A stretch of DNA of 64,000 nucleotides from Candidatus Rokuibacteriota bacterium (GCA_003220475.1 QHSO01000001.1:4346-68345), one strand, 5' to 3'. Shown: positions 47,049 through 56,357, numbered from the stretch's first letter. Translations and numbers: made by a program. The notes: generated by a model from the sequence alone, not told the origin.

Positions 47049-47927
47049 GTGAGCGCGCCGCGGTTCGGTTTTTTCTTCTGGCCGTGGTCACCGGAGTACA
47101 CGGCGCGCATGGCCGGGCTGGCCGAGCGCGACGGCTGGGATCTCGGCGCCGCGGCGGCCGTGGACGCCGTGGCCGGCGGCCGTGTGCGACTCGGCATCGG
47201 CCGCGGCCACAGCGGCGTGGCCAACCTCGGCGCCGCCGCGTCCGCCGGTCCCGCGTTCCGCGACGGCCTCGTGTTCACGCGCGCGCTGCTCGCCGGCGAG
47301 CGCGCGTCGTTGAACGGCACGTCCGCGGTGCAGCTGCCGTCGGGCCGCCGCCGTGTTCCCGTGTATGCCGCCGCGTCGGGACCGGGCGCGCTGCACATCG
47401 CCGGCGCCGTCGCCGACGGCGCCTTCGTGAACTATGGCCTGCAGCGCGAACACGTCGCTCACGCGCTCACGCGGCTCGCGGAGGGCGCGGCGCAGGCCGG
47501 CCGCGACGCGGCGGAGGTCGACACGTGGTGGATCGCGTGTCTCGACTGCGCGCCGACGCGCGAGGCCGCGTACGCCACGCTCGGCAACATCCTCGGCTTC
47601 GTCGGCGCCTACATCCTCGGGCCCGCGCCGGCCGCGCGCGGCGTGCCCGCGGACCTCGTTCCCGCCGTGCACGAGCTGCGCGCGACGTACACGACCCGAC
47701 GCGCGGAGATGGACGCCGGCCTCGTGCGCAGACTCGGGCTCTTCGATCACCTCCGTCGGCGCCTGGCCATCGCCGGCACGCCGGACGACTGCGTGGAGCA
47801 GACGCGCGCCGCGCTCGCGGCGGGCGCCACGCGGCTGATGTTCACGGTGAGTCTCGCCGCCGACCCCGTGCGGACGGTCGAGCTCTTCGGCGCCGAGGTG
47901 CTACCGGCGGTGCGGCGCGGTCGCTGA
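47049..47927 (+). CDS. LLM-class oxidoreductase with an apparent in-frame internal deletion (possible pseudogene)
   Basis: GGRVRLGIGRG, VPVYAAASGP..L..AG.VADG, IAGTPDDC. The region between GWDL and AAAAVD is much shorter than in LLM proteins. Confidence 0.7.
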   Translation: MSAPRFGFFFWPWSPEYTARMAGLAERDGWDLGAAAAVDAVAGGRVRLGIGRGHSGVANLGAAASAGPAFRDGLVFTRALLAGERASLNGTSAVQLPSGRRRVPVYAAASGPGALHIAGAVADGAFVNYGLQREHVAHALTRLAEGAAQAGRDAAEVDTWWIACLDCAPTREAAYATLGNILGFVGAYILGPAPAARGVPADLVPAVHELRATYTTRRAEMDAGLVRRLGLFDHLRRRLAIAGTPDDCVEQTRAALAAGATRLMFTVSLAADPVRTVELFGAEVLPAVRRGR

Positions 47928-47943
47928 GGGTGGTCGCCGCGCC

Positions 47944-48090
47944 TTACCGGCGGGGCGTCGCGGGCGAGGCGGACAGAGCGGGAGTGTAGGGATAGTCGGC
48001 GATCCGCGCCGTCGCGCGAGACGACGCAACCTCGAGCACACCGAGCGCAAGAACCAACAGCATGAGCATGACTGCGTATATCAGTCGCAT
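47944..48090 (-). CDS. Small hypothetical membrane/secreted peptide (48 aa)
   Basis: MRLIYAVMLMLLVLALGVLEVASS... hydrophobic N-terminus filling an intergenic gap. Confidence 0.4.
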   Translation of the reverse strand: MRLIYAVMLMLLVLALGVLEVASSRATARIADYPYTPALSASPATPRR

Positions 48091-48188
48091 AGACGTTTGG
48101 ACGCGGTCGGGGCGCGCCGAGATTCCGGAATCGCGCGAATCCGGCGGCGGCTCCCTGACATCCAAAATTGTGAAGGAGACAAACGACG

Positions 48189-48632
48189 ATGACAGCGAAG
48201 CGAATTCTGGTGCCGCTGGACGGCGACGAGGGCAGCGAGGCCATCCTGCCCGTGGTCGCGGCCGTGGCGCGCGACAGTGGGGCAACGGTTCGCCTGCTCC
48301 GCGTCTATCCGGTGCCCGAGCGGCGCGAAGGGCCGCACGGCCGCACGATCGAATACGTGGACCAGGCGATGAGCCGCCTGACCGGCGAGGCGCGCGACGA
48401 GTTCGCCCGTGACGAGGCACGGCTCGCGGACGTGCCCGTCGAGACGGTCGTGCGGTTCGGCGAGCCGGCCGACGAGATCGCGCTGGAGGCGGAGGCGTTC
48501 GGCGCCGACGTGATCGCGCTGGCCGAGCCGCCGCGCGGTCGCCTGCGCGGCCTGATCACCCCCGGTGTGGCGCAGCGCCTGGCGCGAAAGACGAGCGTTC
48601 CGACGCTCGTGCTCTGGCCGTCGGCCGCTTAA
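48189..48632 (+). CDS. Universal stress protein
   Basis: KRILVPLDG, VRFGEPADEI, GVAQRLARKTSVPTLV. AAGGAG Shine-Dalgarno. Confidence 0.9.
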   Translation: MTAKRILVPLDGDEGSEAILPVVAAVARDSGATVRLLRVYPVPERREGPHGRTIEYVDQAMSRLTGEARDEFARDEARLADVPVETVVRFGEPADEIALEAEAFGADVIALAEPPRGRLRGLITPGVAQRLARKTSVPTLVLWPSAA

Positions 48633-49483
48633 CGCCGCGCGAACGCGGTGACCACGACGGCGAGATCCTCGCCGCCGTGGCCGGCCGTTTGCGCCGCGGC
48701 ATATAAGCGCTCGGCCACGTCGGTCAGGGGCACGGGCGTCTCGAGCGCGCGGGCCGCGTCCTGGATCAGGTGCAGGTCCTTCATGAAGAGGTCGAGCTTC
48801 ATCTGAGCCGGGAAGTCGCGCTTCACGATCAGCGGTCCGCGCACTTGGAGCATCCGTGACGTGGCCGCGCTGGCCTCGAGCAGCTCGAGGGCCTGGGCCG
48901 CGTCGAGTCCCGCGCGCTCCACCATCGCCAGCGCCTCCGCCGCGGCGGCGCTGTGCAGGGCGACGAGCAGGTTGGCGACCAGCTTGAGCACCATCGCCTG
49001 CCCCGCCGCGCCCACGTGCACGGCGCGCGGCAAGATCGTCTCGAACAGCGGCCGCCAGCGCTCGTAGACGGCGTGCTCCCCGCCGACGAAGATGATGCCG
49101 TCGCCGCGTGCGACCATCCCGCTCGTGCCGCTGATCGGACAGTCGAGGAAATCGACGCCGCGCTGGGCGCACTCGCGAGCCAGGCGCTCGGTCAGCGCCG
49201 GAGAGATCGTGCTCATCTGCACCACGGTGCGGCCGCGTGCCGTCGCCGCCAGCGCATGCACCACGTCTTCGACCGCCGACAGCGACGGCAACACGACGCA
49301 GATCGGATCCGCCGCCTCGGCCACCGCCGCGACCGAAGCCGCGGCGCGACCGCCGATGGCCTCCAGTGCGCGATTGCGCTCGGCCACGACGTCATAGCCG
49401 ATCACCTCGCGGCCGGCCGCGCGCAGGCGCCCGGCCACCGCGGAGCCGAGCAGACCAAGACCGACGACGCCGACGCCCGCCAT
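48629..49483 (-). CDS. NAD(P)-dependent beta-hydroxyacid dehydrogenase (3-hydroxyisobutyrate DH family)
   Basis: VGLGLLG, QMSTISP, DCPISG, KLVANL, KDL. Confidence 0.9.
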   Translation of the reverse strand: MAGVGVVGLGLLGSAVAGRLRAAGREVIGYDVVAERNRALEAIGGRAAASVAAVAEAADPICVVLPSLSAVEDVVHALAATARGRTVVQMSTISPALTERLARECAQRGVDFLDCPISGTSGMVARGDGIIFVGGEHAVYERWRPLFETILPRAVHVGAAGQAMVLKLVANLLVALHSAAAAEALAMVERAGLDAAQALELLEASAATSRMLQVRGPLIVKRDFPAQMKLDLFMKDLHLIQDAARALETPVPLTDVAERLYAAAQTAGHGGEDLAVVVTAFARR

Positions 49484-50722
49484 TCAGCAGGCCTTACACG
49501 GCGGGTAGTCGCGCGAGTACGCGGGCGCCTTCAGGAACTCGTCCGGTTTGTAGGTCCAGAACTGCGACACGTTCGGAAAGGTATGCACGACCGTGTTCTG
49601 CAGCCGTCCGTTGACCTTGTCGACGCGGCGCACGTACACGTTCTGCACCGGGTTGCCGAAGTCGTCGAGCTTGATCGGCCCGCGGGGCGCATCCGAGAGA
49701 TCCACGCGGCGGAGCGCGCCCAGGAATTTCTCGACGTTCTCGATGTCGCCGCCGGTGGCGTCGAGCGCCGCCTTGAGCGCGATGCCGGCGACGTACGTTC
49801 CCTCGGAATAGTACGAGGGCACCTGCTTGAACTTGGCCTCGTAGGCGGCGACGAACTTCTTGTTGGCCGGCGTCGCGAGCGCCGCCGAGTAGTGCAGCGC
49901 CGTCACCACGCCTAACACCTCGTCGCCCTGCACGCGGAGCACGTGCTCGTCGGTGAACGTGCCGCCGCCGATCAGCGGCAGCTTCTCCTTCAGTCCCGCT
50001 TCCGCGAACTGCTTGCCGAAGCGCAGCGCGTCGGCGCCCGAGAAGACGGCGTAGATCGCGTCGACGTCGCGGCGCAGCTGCGAGAGGTACGGCGCGAAGT
50101 CGCTGGTCCCCAGTGGCGGCCATACCTTCTGCACGACCTGGCCACCCGCCTCCTCGAACGTGCGCTGGAATCCCGCCGCCACCTCCCAGCCGAACGCGAA
50201 GTCGTAGCCGATCATCGCGATCTTCTTGTACTTGAGATTGTCGACGACCCACTTGCCGAACGGATGTGACGGCTGGCTCGACGCCCACCCGGTGCGAACG
50301 AGATAGGGATTGCGCTTGCGCTGGGTGAGATCGTCGGCGGACACGATGGGATAGATCGCCGGGATCTTCTTCGACTCGATGTAGGGCGAGACGGCGTACC
50401 CCACCGCCGCGCTCAGCGGACCGGTCAGCAGGTGCACCCCCTGGCTCTCGACGAGCCCGCGCGCCTTGGTGATGCCGGTGGCCGGCTTGCCCTCGTCGTC
50501 CTCGACGATGAACTTCACCTCGCGCCCGGCGAGCCGATACTTCTGCTCCTCGAAGAAGAGCTCGAAGCCGTTGATCATGTCCTTGCCGTTCGCCGCCAGC
50601 GGACCGGTCTGCGGCACGAGCATCCCGATCTTGATCGGGCCCTTCTGTGCCGACGACGGTGTCGCGACGACGACGCCGCCGGCGAGCGCGGCCACCACCA
50701 CGAGCGCGAGCAGCTTCTGCAT
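49484..50722 (-). CDS. Liv-type ABC substrate-binding protein
   Basis: Third paralog (EDDEGKP, DFAFGWE, RLQNTVVHTFPNVSQFW). Confidence 0.92.
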   Translation of the reverse strand: MQKLLALVVVAALAGGVVVATPSSAQKGPIKIGMLVPQTGPLAANGKDMINGFELFFEEQKYRLAGREVKFIVEDDEGKPATGITKARGLVESQGVHLLTGPLSAAVGYAVSPYIESKKIPAIYPIVSADDLTQRKRNPYLVRTGWASSQPSHPFGKWVVDNLKYKKIAMIGYDFAFGWEVAAGFQRTFEEAGGQVVQKVWPPLGTSDFAPYLSQLRRDVDAIYAVFSGADALRFGKQFAEAGLKEKLPLIGGGTFTDEHVLRVQGDEVLGVVTALHYSAALATPANKKFVAAYEAKFKQVPSYYSEGTYVAGIALKAALDATGGDIENVEKFLGALRRVDLSDAPRGPIKLDDFGNPVQNVYVRRVDKVNGRLQNTVVHTFPNVSQFWTYKPDEFLKAPAYSRDYPPCKAC

Positions 50723-50763
50723 GTCCCCTCCTTGCTCCGACGCGATCCGGACCGTGCGTGCCC

Positions 50764-51390
50764 TCAGGCCGTGAGCGCCCTGAGGATGTCGTCGTTCGTC
50801 AGCGGCCAGCCCACCGCAGCCGCGATGAGTTTCAGCGCGAACCGGTGCATGTCCTCACCGTCCATCGAGTCGACCGCGTCGGACGCCACCACGACACGGA
50901 AATCGCGGTTCGTCGCCTCGAAGGCGGCGCACAGCACGCACGTCGTCGTGTTGATGCCCGCGAGGATGACGGTGTCCGCGCCGAGGCGCCGGCGCAGGAC
51001 GAACTCCAGATCGGTCGGCGTGAAGACGCTGTAGCGCTTCTTGCTGCGCACGACCATGTCCCGCGCGTCCTGCAGCTCGGCGATGATCTCGGTGCCCACG
51101 CTGCCGGCGAGATTGTGGCCCAGGATTCCGCGACGGTCCTTGGCGGGATCCTCGTGGATCGCCTTCCAGAACGGGTTGGCGCCGATCTCGGCCGCGTCGC
51201 GATACTCGGTCACGACGTGCACCACGGGGATGCCGCGGGCTCGCAGATCGGCGAAGAGCGACGCCGCGCGCTTGATCAGTGGACCGCAGCGCTCGGCGGC
51301 CAGCGGCAGGGTGGCCACGACCGGGTCGAGGTGGCCGCGGTGCATGTCGATGGCGACGACGGCGGTGCGCGCGGCATCGAGGGGGATCAT
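50764..51390 (-). CDS. Isochorismatase-family cysteine hydrolase
   Basis: AVVAIDM, KKRYSVF..TDL, GINTTTCV, VASDAV. Confidence 0.9.
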   Translation of the reverse strand: MIPLDAARTAVVAIDMHRGHLDPVVATLPLAAERCGPLIKRAASLFADLRARGIPVVHVVTEYRDAAEIGANPFWKAIHEDPAKDRRGILGHNLAGSVGTEIIAELQDARDMVVRSKKRYSVFTPTDLEFVLRRRLGADTVILAGINTTTCVLCAAFEATNRDFRVVVASDAVDSMDGEDMHRFALKLIAAAVGWPLTNDDILRALTA

Positions 51391-51424
51391 CGGCAGGAAA
51401 GCGTAGTGCCCGTCTTCGGGCGGG

Positions 51425-52006
51425 TCAAGCCGCGTCGCCGCGCTTGATCACGCCGGTCTCGTAGAGCGCCGCCGCCCGCTGGATGAGGCTCGCGACGACC
51501 TGGCCGTAGAACTGCGCCATCGACTCGCCGCCGCCGGCGCTCACCGCAAACGTGCCGCGAGCATCCCGGCCCACGTACTCGCGCGTGAAGTTGCGATCGA
51601 GCAGCGGCTTGACCCACGGGTAGGTCTCTTCGGTCAGCTCGACCACCGTCGCGCCCTTGACCTTTCCGTCCGGCCCGAGGGCGACCGCCACACGCACGGG
51701 TCCGTGGATCGTGAATTCGGTGAGGAACACGGTGGCCGCCACGACGCGGCCCTGGTCGTCGCGGCCGATGTAGAAGCGGTAGAAGTCGTCCTCCGGGGTC
51801 CAGCCTGTCTGCTGCCGGATCGCCTGCTTCTCGGCGGCGGTCAGCCGCACCTCGCGCACGAAGAAGCGGCGCGCGCCCGCGAGGAGACTCACCACCGCGT
51901 CGCGATCCGAGACGAGCACGACCGGCGGCGTGATGTGGGCCCGCGCGGGCGCGACGAGGCAGAGCGAGACGAGCGCGGCCGCGAGCAGGCGGCACGGAAT
52001 CTTCAT
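51425..52006 (-). CDS. Exported FMN-bind-like domain protein (flavinylation motif not evident)
   Basis: Signal peptide ...APARA-HITPP; HGPVRVAVALGPDGKVKGATVV...E.Y, F..EYVG resemble the FMN_bind fold. No [S/T]GA[S/T] motif near the C-terminus. Confidence 0.65.
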   Translation of the reverse strand: MKIPCRLLAAALVSLCLVAPARAHITPPVVLVSDRDAVVSLLAGARRFFVREVRLTAAEKQAIRQQTGWTPEDDFYRFYIGRDDQGRVVAATVFLTEFTIHGPVRVAVALGPDGKVKGATVVELTEETYPWVKPLLDRNFTREYVGRDARGTFAVSAGGGESMAQFYGQVVASLIQRAAALYETGVIKRGDAA

Positions 52007-52560
52007 GCGAGCCTCTCCTTCCGGAGCCAGAGATCGTAGAGCGCAATGACGGTGATCAGCGCGTAGCCGAGCGCGAACAGCGTGCCGCCGGCGATGACGA
52101 GCACGCTGAGCGACGGCGACACGAACCGCGTGAGCCACATGCCGCCGATGTCGAGCAGCGTGCCGACGAACGGCAGCGCGACGATCAGCGTCTTGATCGA
52201 CTCGCGCACCGAGGCGAACAGAAAGATCAGTCCGAGCAGGCCGGCGATCAGCGTCTGCCCGAACAGGTGCGTGTGGCTGGTCTGGATGAGCAGCGGCGTC
52301 CGGATCCAGACCTTGGCCGCGCTGGAGATCTCGCCGAGCGTGATCTCCTTCTCCCCGCTCATCTGGCCGTGATGCATCTGCATCTGCGTCATCGGCATCT
52401 CGCGAGCCAGACTCGCCTCCACCGCCGTCGGCGAGAGTCCGACGGCGGTGGAGGCCTGCACGAAGGCGGCGAGCGCCCCGCAGCCGATACCGACGAGGAA
52501 CAGCGTGCAGAACACCTTGGCGCTGAGCGGAAGCCTCGACAGCTGCCATCCGTTCATCAT
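52003..52560 (-). CDS. Membrane protein (about 4 TM) with a Met/His-rich loop and SHTHLFG motif
   Basis: MPMTQMQMHHGQM loop, QTSHTHLFGQ, LDIGGMWLTRF. AGGAG Shine-Dalgarno; ATGA coupling to the next gene. Confidence 0.75.
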   Translation of the reverse strand: MMNGWQLSRLPLSAKVFCTLFLVGIGCGALAAFVQASTAVGLSPTAVEASLAREMPMTQMQMHHGQMSGEKEITLGEISSAAKVWIRTPLLIQTSHTHLFGQTLIAGLLGLIFLFASVRESIKTLIVALPFVGTLLDIGGMWLTRFVSPSLSVLVIAGGTLFALGYALITVIALYDLWLRKERLA

Positions 52561-52568
52561 CACGGCTC

Positions 52569-54038
52569 CTAGTAGTTCACCACGAACTGCACCGTCACCT
52601 GGTGCGCGGTCTCGTCCGCGCTGGTGATCGGGACGCCGGCTTTGGCCGATGAGAACACCGGCTCGTTCGAGTGGTTGAGACGGTATTCGAGCCGCACGTC
52701 CACCCAGTCGACCGGATGCCGTGTGCGCGCATACGCGACGCCGAGCGGCCGAAGATCGGGGATCAAGCGCGAGAGGTGCACGATCGGCGCGATGGTGAAG
52801 GACTGCAGAATCTGGGCGACGCCGGTTCGCGCCCCGTCGAAATCGTTGAAGAGCCCGTACCGGAACGACAGCCCGAGCCACGGCATGATGTCGTAGTGCG
52901 CGAGCGCATAGAGCCCGAGCCAGTTCACGTCACGATCGCGCGCGGCCGCAGCCGGGAATGGCAGGCCGCGGCGCCTGAAGGACACGCCGGACTCGCCGCC
53001 ATAGACGACCTCGGCCGCGAACAGCAGCCGTGCCATCGGTGACCACGTCAGGTCGGCGTCGATGATCCAGCGCTCGTGCTTGCCGTCGTCGTCGCGCTCG
53101 GGTCCCCACCAGCCGCCGATTCCGAAGTTCAGCAGCTGCGCGCCCTGCAGCGGCGTGAACCCGATCCGGGCGCCGAAGCTCTTGTCGCGGTTGTTGTCCT
53201 CGAGCGGATCTTCCGTCGTCTCGTTCTCCCATCGGTTGACGATCCAGGCCATCGCGTCGAGCCACGGCGCGAACTGGTACGCGGCCGTGATGCCCGTCAT
53301 GCTCTGCGGGCGCCCGAACCGCTGGAGCTCCGAGGTCGTTGCCGTCAGGTTGAGCGCCGCGTCGTGGCGCTCGTACCCGAACGGCGTGTCGAAGCGCCCG
53401 AATGACAGCGCCAGGCCGTTGCCGATCGGCGCGATGCCGGTGATGTTGAAGCGGTGCAGGCTCACCTCGGTTTCGATCTCTTCGGTTCCCAACTGCTCCG
53501 TGCAGAGGCCACCGCCTGGACACCCGAAGTCGGGATCGAAGCCATGACTGTGACGTTGGCCGTGCCGCTCGACCTCGAGGCTCGCGCCTGCCGACAGCCA
53601 CGGCGCGAAGGTCTTGAACGCCCCGATGGAGAACTGGTCGAAGCGAAAGTCGGTGCGGCGCGGCTCCGAGGACACGGGAATGCTTCCGGCGAACTCCGGC
53701 ACCATCTGGATGTGCGAGTTGTAGTTGGCCGAGCCGACGAAGAAGCCGGAGATCCGAACGCCGCCGATCTCGGGCTTCGGCAAGCCGAGCACCTCGAGCG
53801 GATGCTCGCGCTCGAGGAGGATCTCGCGCTCGCCCGGTCGCTGGACCAGCACCGGCGCGGGGGTCGGCGCGGCCGGCTGTTGCTGCTGCTCGAGCTTCTG
53901 CAGCCGCTCCTGCATTCGCCGCAGCTCCTGCTTCAGCTGCTCGATCTCCGAGGGCCCCGTCTGGGCAAAGGCCGACGATGCGGCCAGAGCAATCACACTG
54001 ACCGCGATGACGACCGCGGCACGGATAGATCTCCGCAT
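52569..54038 (-). CDS. Outer-membrane beta-barrel porin with N-terminal coiled coil
   Basis: Signal peptide, EIEQLKQELRRMQERLQKLE coil, GRFDTPFGYE, DNNRDKSFGARIG, C-terminal QVTVQFVVNY beta-signal. His/Cys loop HSHG...CPGGGLC. Confidence 0.85.
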   Translation of the reverse strand: MRRSIRAAVVIAVSVIALAASSAFAQTGPSEIEQLKQELRRMQERLQKLEQQQQPAAPTPAPVLVQRPGEREILLEREHPLEVLGLPKPEIGGVRISGFFVGSANYNSHIQMVPEFAGSIPVSSEPRRTDFRFDQFSIGAFKTFAPWLSAGASLEVERHGQRHSHGFDPDFGCPGGGLCTEQLGTEEIETEVSLHRFNITGIAPIGNGLALSFGRFDTPFGYERHDAALNLTATTSELQRFGRPQSMTGITAAYQFAPWLDAMAWIVNRWENETTEDPLEDNNRDKSFGARIGFTPLQGAQLLNFGIGGWWGPERDDDGKHERWIIDADLTWSPMARLLFAAEVVYGGESGVSFRRRGLPFPAAAARDRDVNWLGLYALAHYDIMPWLGLSFRYGLFNDFDGARTGVAQILQSFTIAPIVHLSRLIPDLRPLGVAYARTRHPVDWVDVRLEYRLNHSNEPVFSSAKAGVPITSADETAHQVTVQFVVNY

Positions 54039-54043
54039 ACTCG

Positions 54044-54156
54044 CCTCCCGTCAGTACGTACACGTAGGGTTCGTGCCGTCACGTCCGCTCGGAGCGTCAT
54101 GGCGCGCGCAGACACGCGCAGCGGCGAGAGCGGATGACGGCGTGAACGACGCGAGG
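54044..54156 (-). promoter_or_regulatory. Structured leader with an anti-SD pairing to the porin Shine-Dalgarno
   Basis: CCTCGCGTC (54156-54148) pairs at 8 of 9 positions with GACGGGAGG (54052-54044). Inner long stem 54147-54128 with 54090-54069. Confidence 0.65.
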
Positions 54157-54158
54157 GG

Positions 54159-54431
54159 CTAGGCGATGGCGGGCGGAGCGCGGGCGCCGGCGGAGCCGGG
54201 ATCGTGGCTGATCGGCTCGGGAGCCGGTGCCGGCGCGACGGTCGCCACTTCCGCCGGCGTCGAGATGGGCGGCGCGGCGTCCGCGGGTATCGCGTGATGG
54301 CGCTCGGCGGCGGCGAGAAACGTGCAGTCGGCCTGGACGTCGTCGTGCTCGAACGCATGATGAACGAGGTGCGGAGCCTGCGCGAAGACGTACGCGACGA
54401 AGAAGACCGCGACAGCGAGCCGGCCGATCAT
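54159..54431 (-). CDS. DUF2946/CruR/CutF-like leader peptide with C-terminal RAPP arrest motif
   Basis: Hydrophobic N-terminus, HLVHH...HDD...C...HH, Pro/Ala linker, GARAPPAIA-stop, directly upstream of the porin operon. Confidence 0.75.
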   Translation of the reverse strand: MIGRLAVAVFFVAYVFAQAPHLVHHAFEHDDVQADCTFLAAAERHHAIPADAAPPISTPAEVATVAPAPAPEPISHDPGSAGARAPPAIA

Positions 54432-54507
54432 GTGCGTGCGAAGGATAACATGGACACCCCGCGCGCCGAGTTGTCAACCGTCCTCATCGCGGCTAGTCTT
54501 GGGCGCG

Positions 54508-55662
54508 ATGCCGTTCGACTTCGACCGCGTGATCGATCGCCGCACCTCGGACAGCAACAAGTGGCGGAAATTCCCGCCCGACGTGCTGCCGCTCTGGGTC
54601 GCGGACATGGACTTTCCCTCCCCGCCCGCGGTCGTGCAGGCGCTGCGCGCACGTGTCGAGCACGGCTTCTTCGGCTACCTCGTCGAGAAGCCGGAGCTGC
54701 AGGAGGTCGTCGCCGAGCGGATGACGAAGCGCTACGGCTGGCGCGTGAGCCCCGAGGCGGTCATGCCCCTGCCTGGCGTCATCGCCGGCTTCAACCTGGC
54801 GCTGCGCGCGCTCACGTCCCCCGGCGAAGGCCTGCTGGTGCAAACCCCCGTGTACCCGCCGATCCTGCGCGCGGCCGGCAACCATGGGCTCACCCGCGAC
54901 GAGCACGCGCTCAGGCGCGGCGACGACGGACGCTACACGGTGGATCTCGACGCGTTCACGCGCGCGCTCGGCCCGCGCACGCGGGCATTCCTGCTGTGCA
55001 ACCCGCACAATCCCGTTGGGCGGGTGTTCGACCGCGCCGAGCTCGAGGGCATGGCCGCGGCGTGCACGCGCCGCGACGTGTGGATCATCGCCGATGAGAT
55101 CCATTGTGATCTGCTGCTCGACGGACGCCGCCACGTGCCGATCGCGACGCTGTCGCCGGAGATCGAGGCGCGCACGGTGACGCTCATGGCGCCGAGCAAG
55201 ACGTTCAATCTTCCCGGGCTCAAGTGCGCGGTGGCAATCGTTCCGAACGCCACCGTGCGCGAGCGGCTCACGGCCACCGTCGCCGACCTCGTGCCGAAGA
55301 TCAATGTGCTCGGCCACACCGCGGCCGTCGCCGCTTACCGCGAAGCCGACCCGTGGCTCGAAGAGCTGGTGCGCTATCTCGAAGGCAATCGCGATTTCCT
55401 GCTCAAAGAGGTGCCGCGCCGGCTCCCCGGCGTCACGCTGGCGGCGCCGGAGGCCACGTATCTCGCGTGGCTCGACTGCCGCGGCGCACGTATCGCCGGC
55501 GGCGATCCGCATACGTTCTTCCTCGAGCGCGCGCGTGTTGCGCTCAACGACGGCCGGCTGTTCGGCGCCGGCGGCGACGGCTTCGTGCGTCTGAACTTCG
55601 GCTGCCCCCGCGCGCTGCTGACCGAAGGGCTCGAGCGCTTGGCCCGCGCGCTCGCCGGTTGA
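54508..55662 (+). CDS. MalY/PatB-family PLP cystathionine beta-lyase / C-S lyase
   Basis: LPLWVADMDF, LCNPHNPVG, ADEIHCD, APSKTFNLPGL, ATYLAWLD, FVRLNFGCPR. Confidence 0.93.
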   Translation: MPFDFDRVIDRRTSDSNKWRKFPPDVLPLWVADMDFPSPPAVVQALRARVEHGFFGYLVEKPELQEVVAERMTKRYGWRVSPEAVMPLPGVIAGFNLALRALTSPGEGLLVQTPVYPPILRAAGNHGLTRDEHALRRGDDGRYTVDLDAFTRALGPRTRAFLLCNPHNPVGRVFDRAELEGMAAACTRRDVWIIADEIHCDLLLDGRRHVPIATLSPEIEARTVTLMAPSKTFNLPGLKCAVAIVPNATVRERLTATVADLVPKINVLGHTAAVAAYREADPWLEELVRYLEGNRDFLLKEVPRRLPGVTLAAPEATYLAWLDCRGARIAGGDPHTFFLERARVALNDGRLFGAGGDGFVRLNFGCPRALLTEGLERLARALAG

Positions 55663-55678
55663 GCGCGAGGAGGCGCGC

Positions 55679-56353
55679 ATGAAGCGCTACGTCGATCTCT
55701 CCGTCGCCGTCAACGACGCCACGCTGAGCCCGCCCTCGACGAACATGCGGCTCGAGGTCACGCCGCACCGCCGCGGTCCCGGCTTCTGGCAGGTCTCCAG
55801 CGTCCACCAGAGCCTGCACACCGGCGCGCACATCGACTCACCGCTGCACGTCTTCAGGGACGGCATCACCACGGCGGAGATCGCCCTCGACCAGGTGATT
55901 GGCGAAGCGCTCGTCGTGGATCTCTCGTTCGTCGGCCCCAATCACGAGGTGACGATCGACGACCTCAAGCGCGGGGGCGCCGACGCCGTGAAGCCGGGGG
56001 ACATCGTCCTGCTACGGACGGACTGGACCGACAAGATGTATGGCAAGTGGCCCGACTACTTCACCCAGTCGCCGTACTGTCCGCCGGCGACCGCCGAATG
56101 GCTCGTCGCCAAGGGTCCGAAGAACATCGGCTTCGACTTCTTCGAGGAGTACTGCGCGCGGCTGCCCGACTTTTCGTCCGAAGACTTCCCGATGCACCGC
56201 GTGATCCTCGGTGCCGGCGTCGTGATCATGGAGGGGCTCACCAACCTCGGCGCCCTGCCCCGCCGCCGCGTGGAGTTCGCCGCGCCCTTCTACAAGATCG
56301 CGGGGACGGAGGGCGCCCCCGCGCGCTTCTTCGCGACCCTCGAGGAGCGCTGA
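55679..56353 (+). CDS. Cyclase/kynurenine formamidase (KynB-like) family metal hydrolase
   Basis: HTGAHIDSPLH, GDIVLLRT, H..ILG.GV.I.EGL.NL, EGAPAR. Confidence 0.9.
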   Translation: MKRYVDLSVAVNDATLSPPSTNMRLEVTPHRRGPGFWQVSSVHQSLHTGAHIDSPLHVFRDGITTAEIALDQVIGEALVVDLSFVGPNHEVTIDDLKRGGADAVKPGDIVLLRTDWTDKMYGKWPDYFTQSPYCPPATAEWLVAKGPKNIGFDFFEEYCARLPDFSSEDFPMHRVILGAGVVIMEGLTNLGALPRRRVEFAAPFYKIAGTEGAPARFFATLEER

Positions 56354-56357
56354 GGCC

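Noticed and set aside
49484..49500. C-terminal CKAC-TGA and CKSCP-TGA of binding proteins as further Sec sites
   Set aside because: These TGAs fall at the family C-terminus, the third paralog ends at the same place, and the next gene starts immediately after.
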